Assembly: GCA_964573395.1 (NCBI GenBank)
Contig: CAZNJI010000001.1
Span: 34,996 to 98,995 of the forward strand
Direction of reading: 5' to 3'
Length of the DNA: 64,000 nucleotides
DNA from: an uncultured Candidatus Saccharibacteria bacterium
GTDB lineage: Bacteria; Patescibacteriota; Minisyncoccia; Phycocordibacterales; UBA9973
The notes beneath the pieces were generated by a model that ran no database searches, had not been told where the DNA came from, and saw nothing but the letters and a program-made list of their open reading frames with translations. A program made the translations under genes and the position numbers. Below are positions 10,362 to 20,198 of the stretch, in pieces. The stretch's first letter is position 1. Each line of letters begins with the position of its first letter.

Positions 10362-10757
10362 ATGGATGAAAATAAAACAGTAGAAGTTCCTGCAAAATTC
10401 AAAGACATCGTTGAGAAAATTGAAGGTCTTAGTGTGCTTGAATTGCATGAGCTCGTAAAAGTATTTGAAGAAAAATTCGGCGTTTCAGCTGCTGCAGTTG
10501 CGGCAGCTCCGGCGGCCGGCGGTGCAGCTGGTGCAGCAGAAGAGAAAGACAGCTTTACCGTAGTCCTTGCCTCTGCAGGCGACGCAAAAATCGGCGTCAT
10601 GAAGGTGGTGAAGGAAGCGCTTGGTCTTGGCTTGAAAGAAGCAAAAGATCTTGTTGATGGCGCTCCGGCAACGCTTAAAGAAGGCATGAAGAAAGAAGAA
10701 GCAGAAGCGCTCAAAAAAGCTGTTGAAGAAGCAGGTGGTAAGATTGAACTGAAATAA
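10362..10757 (+). CDS. rplL: 50S ribosomal protein L7/L12
   Basis: An Ala-rich hinge is followed by the C-terminal motif [33 protein letters not shown]...KIELK. Confidence 0.95.
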   Translation: MDENKTVEVPAKFKDIVEKIEGLSVLELHELVKVFEEKFGVSAAAVAAAPAAGGAAGAAEEKDSFTVVLASAGDAKIGVMKVVKEALGLGLKEAKDLVDGAPATLKEGMKKEEAEALKKAVEEAGGKIELK

Positions 10758-10779
10758 ACGGAGCCTATGCTTACATAAA

Positions 10780-10808
10780 AACAACCCCAGTGTTCGGGGT
10801 TGTTTTTA
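10780..10808 (+). terminator. Rho-independent terminator after rplL
   Basis: The stem AACAACCCC-agtgttc-GGGGTTGTT is followed by TTTATT. Confidence 0.7.
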
Positions 10809-10855
10809 TTTGACAAAACTGCGCGGTCAGGTAGGTTTAACTAAAAATACCGCAT

Positions 10856-11374
10856 ATGAAGCAAGCAAACACTGTTTTTTCAAACACTCTTTTAGAAGAA
10901 AGCATACGAGCAGCCTTGGCTGCGCACAAAGATTTCGGCATTGTCCTGGAACTTTTAACAGAATCTCTCCGGGGTGATCAATCCGAACGAGTGAGAATTC
11001 TCTCGAAATACAAAACCCAGGAAGAAACCGCCTACCAGGCCACTCTTCAGATGCTTAAGGGAAGAATAGGGGTTCTCTTTTTTTCCACGGTCCGTTCAGA
11101 ACTTGAACCGTTGCTGGGAAGCAAGCATCTGATGCTCTTAGATCCAATGGTTCACTACGGCAAAAGCCGGACACTGCGGGAACATCTGGTAGATGCTCTC
11201 GGCAGGGTTCTCTCCGGAGAGTTGCCTGAAAAATGCTTCAGATTAAAACCTGAAGCTGCACGCCTTGAAACTGGCATCTACGGCCTCACACAAAAATTGG
11301 AAGCAGTTGGAATAGATTTTTCTTTTTCCGTAAGCGAAGAATGTGTTAGCATTGAAATCAAACCACTAAAATAG
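10856..11374 (+). CDS. Hypothetical protein
   Basis: This is a 172-aa ORF with no motif I recognise. Its coding-like composition is similar to its neighbours. Confidence 0.55.
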   Translation: MKQANTVFSNTLLEESIRAALAAHKDFGIVLELLTESLRGDQSERVRILSKYKTQEETAYQATLQMLKGRIGVLFFSTVRSELEPLLGSKHLMLLDPMVHYGKSRTLREHLVDALGRVLSGELPEKCFRLKPEAARLETGIYGLTQKLEAVGIDFSFSVSEECVSIEIKPLK

Positions 11375-11618
11375 CACCGCGTATGTTTAAAATTCCGTTC
11401 TTCAGAATTGCAGCCGTACACATGCTGACTGCAGTACCGCCCAAAGGATTACAGAATCCTTACTTGAAAAAAGTATTTTTTCTTTCATCATCACGGAAAA
11501 AATTCCGCCCCCAAATAGGTGATCGAAGATAAACCGTTTTACCGCCCAGGCTTTCCATAAAGCCTGGGTATTTTTTTTGACACCGGTTCCATCTCGGGAT
11601 AGAGTGAGAAAAAAATCT

Positions 11619-11756
11619 ATGAAAATCAAATCTTCGAGGAATCTTCTGAACATTGTCGGGTTCATTCTGGTAGTTGTCGTGCTATTGTCCGTCTGTAAAA
11701 AACCAGTTCCAAAACAACCACAAAAAGCGGAAACACAAAAAAGCGCCTCAAGGTAA
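11619..11756 (+). CDS. Small ORF (45 aa) with signal/lipoprotein-like N-terminus
   Basis: The translation is MKIKSSRNLLNIVGFILVVVVLLSVCKKPVPKQPQKAETQKSASR. The ORF is flanked by a hairpin plus T-run upstream (11545-11578) and downstream (11771-11798). It is below the cutoff of the ORF track. Confidence 0.3.
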   Translation: MKIKSSRNLLNIVGFILVVVVLLSVCKKPVPKQPQKAETQKSASR

Positions 11757-11854
11757 GTTTTTACCGAAAGCCGTGTCTAAAACGACACGGTTTTTTTCTT
11801 GGCGCAAGTGCCCTTAAATGATTTATAATCAAAGCATTAAGGAAGAGAGAACTG

Positions 11855-12493
11855 ATGGAAATTCTGGGGAAACTACTAGGCGGAATATCGAGAGTAAAGG
11901 TAATGCGGCTTTTTCTGCTCAACCCGAATCAAGGGTTTGAAATCGGCGACATCGTCGAGCGATCGCGCCTGCAGCCCTCAACGGCCCGCCGATCGATTAC
12001 CCAGCTTGCCGGAATGGATTTCGTCAGAAGAAGGTCATTCATTAAAGAAACGATTGATGGTAGAAACGGGGCAGCCAAGCGCAAGCGCACGCAAGGATGG
12101 TTTTTAAATCAGGAATTTCCGTATCTCACGGAATTGAAGACGCTCCTCGTTGAAGGAGAATTCTTCAAGCGCGAAGACTTGGTGAAGCGTTTCAAGCCCG
12201 CCGGAAAAATCCATCTGCTGATTGTTTCGGGTATCTTCATCCAGAACAGCGAAAGCAGGCTTGATGTCATGATTGTTGGCGATAATTTAAGGCGTGCGTA
12301 TATCCAAAAGGCGATTTCTATGCTCGAAAGCGAGCTCGGGAAAGAGGTTGCCTATGCCGTGTTCGATACGGCCGACTTCAAGTACCGCATTTCGATGTAT
12401 GACAAGCTGATTCGGGACGTTCTTGACTACCCGCATGAGCAACTGTTGGTGGCAAAGGATTTTTCCACACTACTCCTCCCGAACGAGCGCTAA
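11855..12493 (+). CDS. Hypothetical protein (possible N-terminal winged-helix)
   Basis: This is a 212-aa ORF. The N-terminal segment ISRVKVMRLFLLNPNQGFEIGDIVERSRLQPSTARRSITQLAGMDFV looks like a winged helix-turn-helix. Confidence 0.6.
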   Translation: MEILGKLLGGISRVKVMRLFLLNPNQGFEIGDIVERSRLQPSTARRSITQLAGMDFVRRRSFIKETIDGRNGAAKRKRTQGWFLNQEFPYLTELKTLLVEGEFFKREDLVKRFKPAGKIHLLIVSGIFIQNSESRLDVMIVGDNLRRAYIQKAISMLESELGKEVAYAVFDTADFKYRISMYDKLIRDVLDYPHEQLLVAKDFSTLLLPNER

Positions 12494-12608
12494 AATGATA
12501 TAATAAAAACAATACTTTAAAGGCCACACGTTAAAGTAGGCTCTATTACTGGCTAGAGGTGTGTGCGATACGCTACAGTGGGGAAACCCACTTACGCGTA
12601 CAGTTTTT

Positions 12609-13298
12609 ATGCTTATACAAACATGGGGCGATGTCTTTGCGACATCACTGCAGGGATTGTGGTACGGCTTCATTACAACCGTTCCAACAATTCTCGTTGC
12701 AGTCATTATATTCATTATTGGTTGGCTAGTAGGCTCAACGCTCTCAAAAGCGATTGCGCACTTAATTGATGCGCTGAAACTCGACCGCCTCTTCAAGAGT
12801 GCAGGCGCAGATGAAGTGTTTGCTCGCGCTGGATGGAAGTTCAACGTGGGGAGGTTTTTGGGTGAGATCGTAAAGTGGTTCGTGGTTATCGTATTCCTTA
12901 CCGCTTCACTTGATCTGTTGGGATTGAACCAAGTAAATGTATTCCTTCGCGAAGTAGTGCTCGGATATCTGCCACAGGTATTCATCGCAGCGCTCATGCT
13001 CGTGATCGGAACTGTCGTTGCTTCGATCGTTCGCCGATTGGTGATGGGTTCAGCGGCAATGGCAAATGTTCGCTCAGCGCGCATGCTCGGTTCAGTTGCA
13101 TACTACGCAATCTGGATTTTCACTATCTTGATTGCGCTCAATGAACTGGGCATTGCGCCTCAGTTCATGCAGATTCTCTTCGGTGGTATCGTCGCACTCT
13201 TGGCTATTGCCGGCGGTATTGCATTTGGGCTCGGTGGCAAGGAAGCAGCAGGCCGTTTTGTGAATCGCATCTCTGATGACATGTCGTCACGAAGCTAA
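12609..13298 (+). CDS. Membrane protein with repeated conserved TM-helix motifs (MscS-associated type)
   Basis: There are several hydrophobic helices with the repeated pattern ...LDLLGLNQVNVFLREVVLGYLPQVFIAALMLVIG.../...LNELGIAPQFMQILFGGIVALLAIAG.... The start is uncertain; the ORF opens at 12561. Confidence 0.55.
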   Translation: MLIQTWGDVFATSLQGLWYGFITTVPTILVAVIIFIIGWLVGSTLSKAIAHLIDALKLDRLFKSAGADEVFARAGWKFNVGRFLGEIVKWFVVIVFLTASLDLLGLNQVNVFLREVVLGYLPQVFIAALMLVIGTVVASIVRRLVMGSAAMANVRSARMLGSVAYYAIWIFTILIALNELGIAPQFMQILFGGIVALLAIAGGIAFGLGGKEAAGRFVNRISDDMSSRS

Positions 13299-13317
13299 CC
13301 GCTTCTTGGTTTTTTCA

Positions 13318-13346
13318 AAAACACCCTTTATTTAAGGGTGTTTTTG
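13318..13346 (+). terminator. Rho-independent terminator
   Basis: The stem AAAACACCCTT-tattta-AGGGTGTTTT is followed by a T-run. Confidence 0.65.
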
Positions 13347-13385
13347 GTTCTTCCTTCCATAAAAGGACGACTTAGGGAGCAATGC

Positions 13386-13414
13386 TTGACAGACGATTTA
13401 TTTTCGTATAAACT
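13386..13414 (+). promoter_or_regulatory. Candidate sigma70-type promoter for the 23S-5S rRNA unit
   Basis: A TTGACA hexamer at 13386-13391 is followed, after a 15-17-nt spacer, by TATAAACT at 13407-13414. The promoter lies about 250 nt upstream of the 23S processing stem. Confidence 0.5.
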
Positions 13415-14172
13415 CGTTCCACTTATATGTTTACTCGAGAAACCACTATAAAAAATAGGCCGTAAGACCATTTTTTTGTGGGTGCGGCCGCCGAAAGGCG
13501 GCCTTTCTCGTGGAAAGCAGATAAGGTGCGTGATCGTTGAAAACAGAACCCTATCCTTCGGAGTGTGCATGAGTAATGCAGACAGCAGGCTGAAGAGATA
13601 GCGTGAGGGTCGGATTCCGAGCGGTCGGATGAAGGCCCGAAATGATTTCTAGATTTCCTAATAGGAAATTTAAGAGCATACGGTGGATGCCTTGGTTCAA
13701 AATGGCGATGAAAGACGCGGCTTAGCGGCGATACGCTTCGGGGAGGTGCTATGCAACCTACGATCCGGAGATCTCTGAATGAGGAAACTCATATCGATAG
13801 ACTCGATATACCTGAACTCGTAAGTAGTACAGGAGCAAACCTGGGGAAGTGAAACATCTCAGTACCCAGAGGAAAAGAAAACAATGAGCGCGGATGCGTT
13901 CGAATTCCCTCAGTAGCGGCGAGCGAAAAGGGAACAGCCCAAACCGTTTTGTGCTTGCACGAAGCGGGGTTGTAAGGTAATGGCGTCGTTTTACGAAAAG
14001 AGTTAACAAATGTGTGTATAGAAGAAGTTGTTGGAAACCAACACCACAGCGGGTGATAGTCCCGTATTCGAAATGCACTACATCTCTTCTGTCATTATTC
14101 TTGAGTACTCCAGGACACGGATAGCCTGGAGGAATCCACCAGTACTAACTGGTAAGGCTAAATACATTTTGA

Positions 14173-14214
<42 letters not shown>

Positions 14215-14792
14215 GTCCGAAAGGACAGTGAAATAGACCTGAAACCGTATGTTTACAAGGAGTCGGCGCGGAGATTTATCTCCGCCACGGCGTGCCTATT
14301 GAAGAATGAGCCAACGAGTTTATGTGTGCGGCTCGGCTAAGTCGTAAAGCGATGGAGCCAGAGCGAAAGCAAGTGTGAATAGCGCGTAATTGGTCGTACA
14401 CATAAGACCCGAAGCCAGGTGAGCTACCCATGAGCAGGGTGAAGGCGCAAGAAATTGCGCTGGAGGCCCGAACCGGTTTGTCGTACAACGCATTCGGATG
14501 ACTTGTGGGTTGGAGTGAAAAGCTAATCGAACCTGGTAATAGCTGGTTCTCTCCGAAATAGCTTTTGGGCTAGCGTCATGTGTTCCTCTTGGGGGTAGAG
14601 CACTGGAAGGTTTCGACAGGGAGCAATCTCGCGAAACCTATCAAACTCCGAATACCAATGACTAAAAACGTGGCAGTTAGACTACGGGGGCGAAGCTCCG
14701 TCAGTCAAAAGGGAAACAGCCCATGATCGCCGATTAAGGTCCCTAAATCAATACTAAGTGCACTCAAGGAGGTGGAATTTCTCAGACAATGA

Positions 14793-14824
<32 letters not shown>

Positions 14825-14903
14825 GAAAGCGTAACAGCTCACTCATCAAGAGATCTTGCGCCGTAGATAATCGGGGCTTAAGTGTATTACCGAAATTGAG
14901 GGT

Positions 14904-15236
14904 TTGTAGATTTCATAAAGGAAGTGGAAACTTCCAAAAATTCTTGCACTGTCTTGCCAGTGCAATACGTATCATAGCGATGAGCAGTTAGTTGGGTTTT
15001 GGGATATATGCAAAATGCAGCTGGTGCTTTGTGAGGATAAGAAGTAAGACACCTTATTGCTCTAAAGCAAAAAAACATCATCCGATAACGTATTGCCTGG
15101 CCCGAATTACGTGAATTTGGAAATTGTGTAAGATTGGTTCTTTCTGGTAGCGATTTCGCTATCAGATATTACAGGGGAAGATAAAAATCGATTGTTTGGT
15201 TTCGAACATCTTCCCCTCCTTTATGAAGTCTACAAG
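14904..15236 (+). other. Stem-closed intervening sequence (IVS or expansion) replacing 23S helix 45 (E. coli about 1164-1185)
   Basis: The flanks align to E. coli CACCGAAGCUGCGG and GGUAGGGGAGCGUUCUG. The insert is bounded by the complementary arms TTGTAGATTTCATAAAGGAAG (14904-14924) and CCTCCTTTATGAAGTCTACAAG (15216-15236). It is about 333 nt long and has no convincing ORF. Confidence 0.65.
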
Positions 15237-15981
15237 CGGTAGGAGAGTATTCTGCTCTCGCTGTGAAGGTTAAGGGGTGACCCGTACTGGAGCGTGCAGA
15301 AGTAAGAATGTTGGCACAAGTAACCGCAAGCAGGGTGAGATCCCCTGCCGCCGAAACACTAAGGTTTCCTGGGCAATGGTGATCATCCCAGGGTTAGTCG
15401 GGTCCTAAGGTAATGACGAAAGTCGCAGCCGATGGACATATGGTTAATATTCCATAACTTCTTTGTTATTCGATGAAGGGACGGAGCGTAGTACATGCAG
15501 CGGATTATTGGATTTCCGTGCACGTGTCGCACATGCTGGGTAGGAAAATCCGCCCGGCTCACTTGAATGTGGAATGCCAGATACGGGCCGTGCCGAGGTA
15601 CGCCAAAGCGAAGTGCATGGAGCAGGCTCCCAAGAAAAGCTTCTAAGATTAGTAACAAAGAACCCGTACCGTAAACCGACACAGGTAGTGAGGTCGAGTA
15701 GACCAAGGCGAACGAGTGAGAGATCCCCAAGGAACTCGGCAAAAAAGCAGCCGTAACTTCGGGATAAGGCTTGCCCTTCTCTACGCAAGTAGAGCGGGGC
15801 CGCAGCGAAAGTATTCCTGGCAACTGTTTATCAAAAACACAGCTCCCTGCGAACTCGTAAGAGTATGTATAGGGGGTGACACCTGACCAATGCCAGAAGG
15901 TTAACTATCGGCGGTATTCAGCACCGAGTCCGGAAAGAAATTTCCTGACCCCGTGCTGAATGCAGATTGATACAAGCCCTG

Positions 15982-16046
<65 letters not shown>

Positions 16047-16679
16047 GCGCACGAATGGTGTAATGACTGGGAAACTGTCTCGGGGATTTGCTCGGTGAAA
16101 ATACAATACCGGTGAAGATGCCGGTTACCTGCAGTTAGACGAAAAGACCCCGGAAGCTTTACTACAGCTTGGGATTGGGTATGTTTGTTTATTGCGTAGC
16201 ATAGGAGGGAGACGTTGAAGCACCGCTTTCGGGTCGTGCAGAGTCGCCAGTGAAATACCTCTCTGTAAATGGGCATATTCTAACCCGTACGGCAAAAACG
16301 TGCGGGAACAGTTCCTGGCGGGTAGTTTTACTGGGGCGGTATCCTCCAAAAGAGTAACGGAGGAGTTTATAAAGGTTAGCTAGGCGCGAATGGAAACCGT
16401 GCCGATAGTGCAATGGCATAAGCTGGCTTGACTGTAAGGGGGACATCCCGAGCAGGTGCGAAAGCAGAACATAGTGAACCGACGGTCCGCATTAGATGCG
16501 GCCGAAGATTAACGGATAGAAGCTACTCCGGGGATAACAGGCTAGTTCCGCCTAAGAGTTCATATCGACGGCGGAGTTCGGCACCTCGATGTCGGCTCAC
16601 CTTATCCTGGGGCCGGAGAAGGTCCCAAAGGTTTGGCTGTTCGCCAATTAAAAAGGTACGCGAGCTGGGTTCAGACCGT

Positions 16680-17114
16680 CCTGAGGCTTAATATTGTTTA
16701 CAATATTGGCCGAAAGACCGTCTGAATCCCGAGGCATCACGACAAAAAAGAATTTTAAGAATTCACGGAATAATTTAGAAAAGATATGTTTTAGTCTTTT
16801 CGTCTATGAAAAAGATAATATAAAAAGAGACCATCTTATTACGGCGGTCGCCATTGGCAACAATGGATGACATGCTCAACTGATATCGGGAAAGCCCAGC
16901 TGTAGTTTCATTAAAAACTACGGCTGGGTAATTCCGAGGGAAGGTGAATCAGTTAGTAGTAAGTCGTTAGTAGTTAGTAGAAAAAGCAATTGCAATTTCC
17001 TACTTACTACTTTCTACTACCTACTTGCTCGTTCCCGCCCGTAGAGACTAATTGTTGAGGCACTCTCTGAGTGCAAGTTATAGTCCAATCCACTTAGTAA
17101 TAAGTGAAAAGATG
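16680..17114 (+). ncRNA. Group I intron in 23S rRNA at the site equivalent to E. coli U2593 (the I-CreI/Cr.LSU site); no ORF
   Basis: The exon flanks gggttcagaccgt | cgtaagacaggttggtc align to E. coli GGGUUUAGAACGU|CGUGAGACAGUUCGG, so the 5' exon ends in U and the intron ends in G. An R element GTAGAGACTAA lies at 17041-17051 and an S element AAGTTATAGTCC at 17075-17086; these form P7. A P/Q pair ATCGGGAAAGCCCAGC / GGCTGGGTAA forms P4. GGCGGTC at about 16847 can act as an internal guide sequence pairing with exon GACCGU through a U-G wobble. The boundary is precise to within 2 nt. Confidence 0.8.
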
Positions 17115-17470
17115 CGTAAGACAGGTTGGTCTCCTATCTACTGCAGGCGTTGATACTTGAGGAGATTCGTTTCTAGTACGAGAGGACCGAAATGAACGAA
17201 CCTCTGGTGTATGGGCTCTTTCGCCAGAAGGACCGCCCAGTAGCTATGTTCGGAATGGATAACCACTGAAAGCATCTAAGTGGGAAGCCAGCTCCAAGAT
17301 TAGGTATCGTTGAGGGCCCTAGGAGATGACTAGGTTGATAGGCATTACGTGGAAGCGCAGCAATGCGTTGAGCGGAGATGTACTAATTGCCCGACTCCTA
17401 TTAGGAAATCTGGAAATCACATGAACACGCAAAACGTTATAGCAATATGACACAGAGTACCTTGAGTGCT

Positions 17471-17585
17471 CTGTGTTGGTGATTCGTCGCAGGGGTCACA
17501 CCTCTTCCCATTTCGAACAGAGAAGTTAAGCCCTGTAGAGCCGATGGTACTTTTTTTAAGGGAGAGTAGGCAGTCGCCAGCACAG
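17471..17585 (+). rRNA. rrf: 5S rRNA
   Basis: Helix I pairs CTGTGTTGGTG with CGCCAGCACAG. The conserved internal blocks CCCATTTCGAACAGAGAAGTTAAGCC and GAGAGTAGG are present. The gene lies 60 nt downstream of the 23S end. Confidence 0.85.
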
Positions 17586-17603
17586 AGCATTCAAAAACAA
17601 AAA

Positions 17604-17627
17604 AACGCCCGAAAGGGCGGTTTTTTG
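17604..17627 (+). terminator. Rho-independent terminator after the 5S rRNA
   Basis: The stem CGCCC-gaaa-GGGCG is followed by TTTTTTG. Confidence 0.7.
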
Positions 17628-17680
17628 TTATAATGGGTTTTATTACTACTAACTACTACCTAGTTATTACTTACTAATTT

Positions 17681-18463
17681 ATGGATTGGGCTGCTCGCCG
17701 GAAATTATTGTATGCCATTGTCGTTTTAGGCATCATCGTTATTGCGCTAGTTATTTTCTTTCAAAAAACGTTTACGGCAGAGCCGAGCTGTTTTGACCGA
17801 CGCAAGAACGGCGATGAAACCGGGCGCGACTGTGGCGGATCATGCGCGCTCTATTGTCGAAATGCATTTCCAGATCCGAAGGTTCGATGGAAGCGGAGTT
17901 TTGTCATTACGCCGAACTTTGCACATGCAATTGCCTACGTTGAGCATAATAGCCAGAATGCCGGACTTCGCTCGCTCCGCTACCGTTTCAACTTGCTTGA
18001 CGAAAGCGGGGAATTGATAGCTTCAAAGGAAGGTACTACGTTTATTGGAGGTCCGGGCGTTACGGCCATTATTGAGCCGCTCATTCCGATTGAGGGAAAA
18101 AATCCAATGATTACTGAATTTGAAATTCTCGATTCGGGGCAGTGGGAAAAAGTTCCGCCTGGTACGACGGGGGTTCTAGTAAAGACACTAAAAACCACCC
18201 TGGATGATGCTGAGCCGAATGAAACGAAGCTTTCCGCCGACTTGCAAAACCAGCTGGGCGCGGTACTGTTTGACGTGTCGGTTACCGCAATCCTCTATGA
18301 TGCCGATGGAAACGCGATTACGATTAGCAGGACTGAAGTTCCGCGGCTTGATCCGCTCGCAAAGACGACCGTGTACTTTACCTGGCCGTTTCCGGTTACC
18401 GAACGCGTAGCGCGCATTGAAGTGATTCCTCGAGTGGATCCATTCAAAAACATTGCACAGTAA
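17681..18463 (+). CDS. Hypothetical membrane-anchored protein
   Basis: The N-terminus has a transmembrane helix LLYAIVVLGIIVIALVIFF followed by a Cys-rich segment. No catalytic motif is recognised. Confidence 0.6.
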   Translation: MDWAARRKLLYAIVVLGIIVIALVIFFQKTFTAEPSCFDRRKNGDETGRDCGGSCALYCRNAFPDPKVRWKRSFVITPNFAHAIAYVEHNSQNAGLRSLRYRFNLLDESGELIASKEGTTFIGGPGVTAIIEPLIPIEGKNPMITEFEILDSGQWEKVPPGTTGVLVKTLKTTLDDAEPNETKLSADLQNQLGAVLFDVSVTAILYDADGNAITISRTEVPRLDPLAKTTVYFTWPFPVTERVARIEVIPRVDPFKNIAQ

Positions 18464-18466
18464 ATA

Positions 18467-19588
18467 ATGAGACGGTTTGTAGAAACAATTGATTGGTGGC
18501 TTTTGGCCGCAATAGTGCCTGTCATGGCTGCGGGGCTGATCACGATGACATCCTTTTCCGGGGAGACGTCTTTTTTTCTGCGCCAGCTTATTTGGGTGCT
18601 GGCTTCTTTTGCGCTCGCGCTGTTCCTCTCTCGGGTCGACATGAGGTTTTTGCGGCAATCCCGGGTTCTGATTATTTTTTTCTCCATTACGATTTTACTG
18701 CTCGGCATCGTTCTTGTTGCCGGAAAGACGGTAAAAGGATCGCAGAGCTGGCTCGACTTCGGCGGCATTTCATTCCAGCCGACCGATCTGGTGAAGCTTT
18801 TGGTAATCGCCATGCTGGCAAAATATTTTTCCCGGCGCCACGTTGAAATAAAAAATCCGAAGCACCTGTACATTTCAGTGCTCTACGCGCTCATTCCGGT
18901 TGGGTTCATTTTGCTGCAGCCCGATTTCGGATCGGCGGTCATCATTATTTCGCTGTGGATTGGTATGGCGCTCATTGCCGGCATTTCAAGAAAGCATCTT
19001 CTCTTCATTGGATTGGCAGCACTGTTAGTTTTCGTGGCCGGGTGGTTTTTCTTGTTCAAGCCGTATCAGAAAGCCCGGATTGTTTCGTTCATTAATCCGA
19101 TGAGCGACATTCGCGGCAGCGGGTACAATGCGTATCAATCGATGATCGCGGTCGGGTCGGGGCAGGTGCTCGGGAAGGGGGTTGGATACGGAACCCAGTC
19201 GCGCCTCTCATTCCTTCCCGAATACCAAACCGACTTTATCTTTGCCGCTTTTGCCGAAGAGTGGGGATTCGTCGGATCGCTCATTTTGCTTGCGTGTTTC
19301 GGGATTATTATCTGGCGGGTTATTCTCCATGCCATGCGGGGCGCGACGAATTTTGAAACGCTGTTTTGCGCCGGGTTCGCCATATTCATCATTGCGCACT
19401 TGCTAGTGAACATTGGGATGAACGTTGGACTCATGCCGGTAACGGGAATTCCGTTGCCGTTCATGAGCTACGGCGGATCGCATCTGCTGTCAGAAATGAT
19501 TGGAATTGGTATCATTCTTTCAATGGCTAAATATGAACGAGCGCTTCATCGCGATGACATGAATCGGGAGTTTGTCGGATATGAATAA
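18467..19588 (+). CDS. SEDS-family peptidoglycan glycosyltransferase (FtsW/RodA/SpoVE)
   Basis: There are 10 transmembrane segments. The conserved C-terminal block is GIPLPFMSYGGSHLLSEMIGIGIIL, and DFIFAAFAEEWGFVGS is also present. Confidence 0.9.
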   Translation: MRRFVETIDWWLLAAIVPVMAAGLITMTSFSGETSFFLRQLIWVLASFALALFLSRVDMRFLRQSRVLIIFFSITILLLGIVLVAGKTVKGSQSWLDFGGISFQPTDLVKLLVIAMLAKYFSRRHVEIKNPKHLYISVLYALIPVGFILLQPDFGSAVIIISLWIGMALIAGISRKHLLFIGLAALLVFVAGWFFLFKPYQKARIVSFINPMSDIRGSGYNAYQSMIAVGSGQVLGKGVGYGTQSRLSFLPEYQTDFIFAAFAEEWGFVGSLILLACFGIIIWRVILHAMRGATNFETLFCAGFAIFIIAHLLVNIGMNVGLMPVTGIPLPFMSYGGSHLLSEMIGIGIILSMAKYERALHRDDMNREFVGYE

Positions 19589-20147
19589 CCTGCTGCATGA
19601 GCTGGATGCCAAATTGTTTCTGTTCATCACCGGGCTTACGGCAAAAAATTCTTCCGCCGATATCTTCTTTCTTACCATTACCGCAACGGGGTTTTGTTTG
19701 GCTTTCTTTGCCGTTCTGGCTGTATATTTCTTGCGGCATAAGCATCCTGAGTCTTCTTCTGTGTGGCAAAATTTTATCTTTCGGTATAAAGAACTCTTTA
19801 CGATCGGGCTTTCGCTTGCCGTTACGTATGCAGTGGTGCAGATTCTCAAAATGCTCTATGGGCTTCCTCGACCCTTTTTAGCGCTTGATAGTTTTGAACC
19901 GCTTTTGGTGCATGGAGCATACAATTCTTTTCCATCAGCGCATGCCGCGGTCTTCATGGCGCTTGCGGTATCGGTTGGTTTTTTCCATCGCCTGCTCGGA
20001 TACTTCTTGCTTATCCCCGCGCTCTTGATAGGCTTTTCGCGTATTTACGTTGGCGTACATTTTCCAATTGATGTCATTGCCGGCTTTTGTTTCGGGTTCC
20101 TGATCCCATTCTCTATCCGATGGGTTTTCAAAAAAATCTTTCCATAG
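19572..20147 (+). CDS. PAP2-family membrane phosphatase (undecaprenyl-diphosphatase-like)
   Basis: The PAP2 motifs KxxxxxxRP (KMLYGLPRP), PSAH (SFPSAHAAV) and SRxxxxxHxxxD (SRIYVGVHFPIDV) are all present. Confidence 0.8.
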   Translation: MSDMNNLLHELDAKLFLFITGLTAKNSSADIFFLTITATGFCLAFFAVLAVYFLRHKHPESSSVWQNFIFRYKELFTIGLSLAVTYAVVQILKMLYGLPRPFLALDSFEPLLVHGAYNSFPSAHAAVFMALAVSVGFFHRLLGYFLLIPALLIGFSRIYVGVHFPIDVIAGFCFGFLIPFSIRWVFKKIFP

Positions 20148-20198
20148 TCTTGGCCGGGTTTTCCTTGCAGGAAAAGGCTAAAATGGTAGAATCTCGGA

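Noticed and set aside
10349-10816. A 155-aa Ala/Ser-rich ORF antisense to rplL, and 9802..10173- antisense to rplJ
   Set aside because: These are mirror-frame artefacts of highly expressed ribosomal protein genes.
11402-11665. An 87-aa minus-strand ORF in the intergenic region
   Set aside because: It overlaps the plus-strand terminators and has no RBS and low coding potential.
14887-15081. A 64-aa ORF on the minus strand inside the helix-45 IVS, considered as a possible IVS-encoded protein like Coxiella S23p
   Set aside because: It is antisense to the rRNA transcript, has no RBS, and has an implausible composition. The IVS has no sense-strand ORF.
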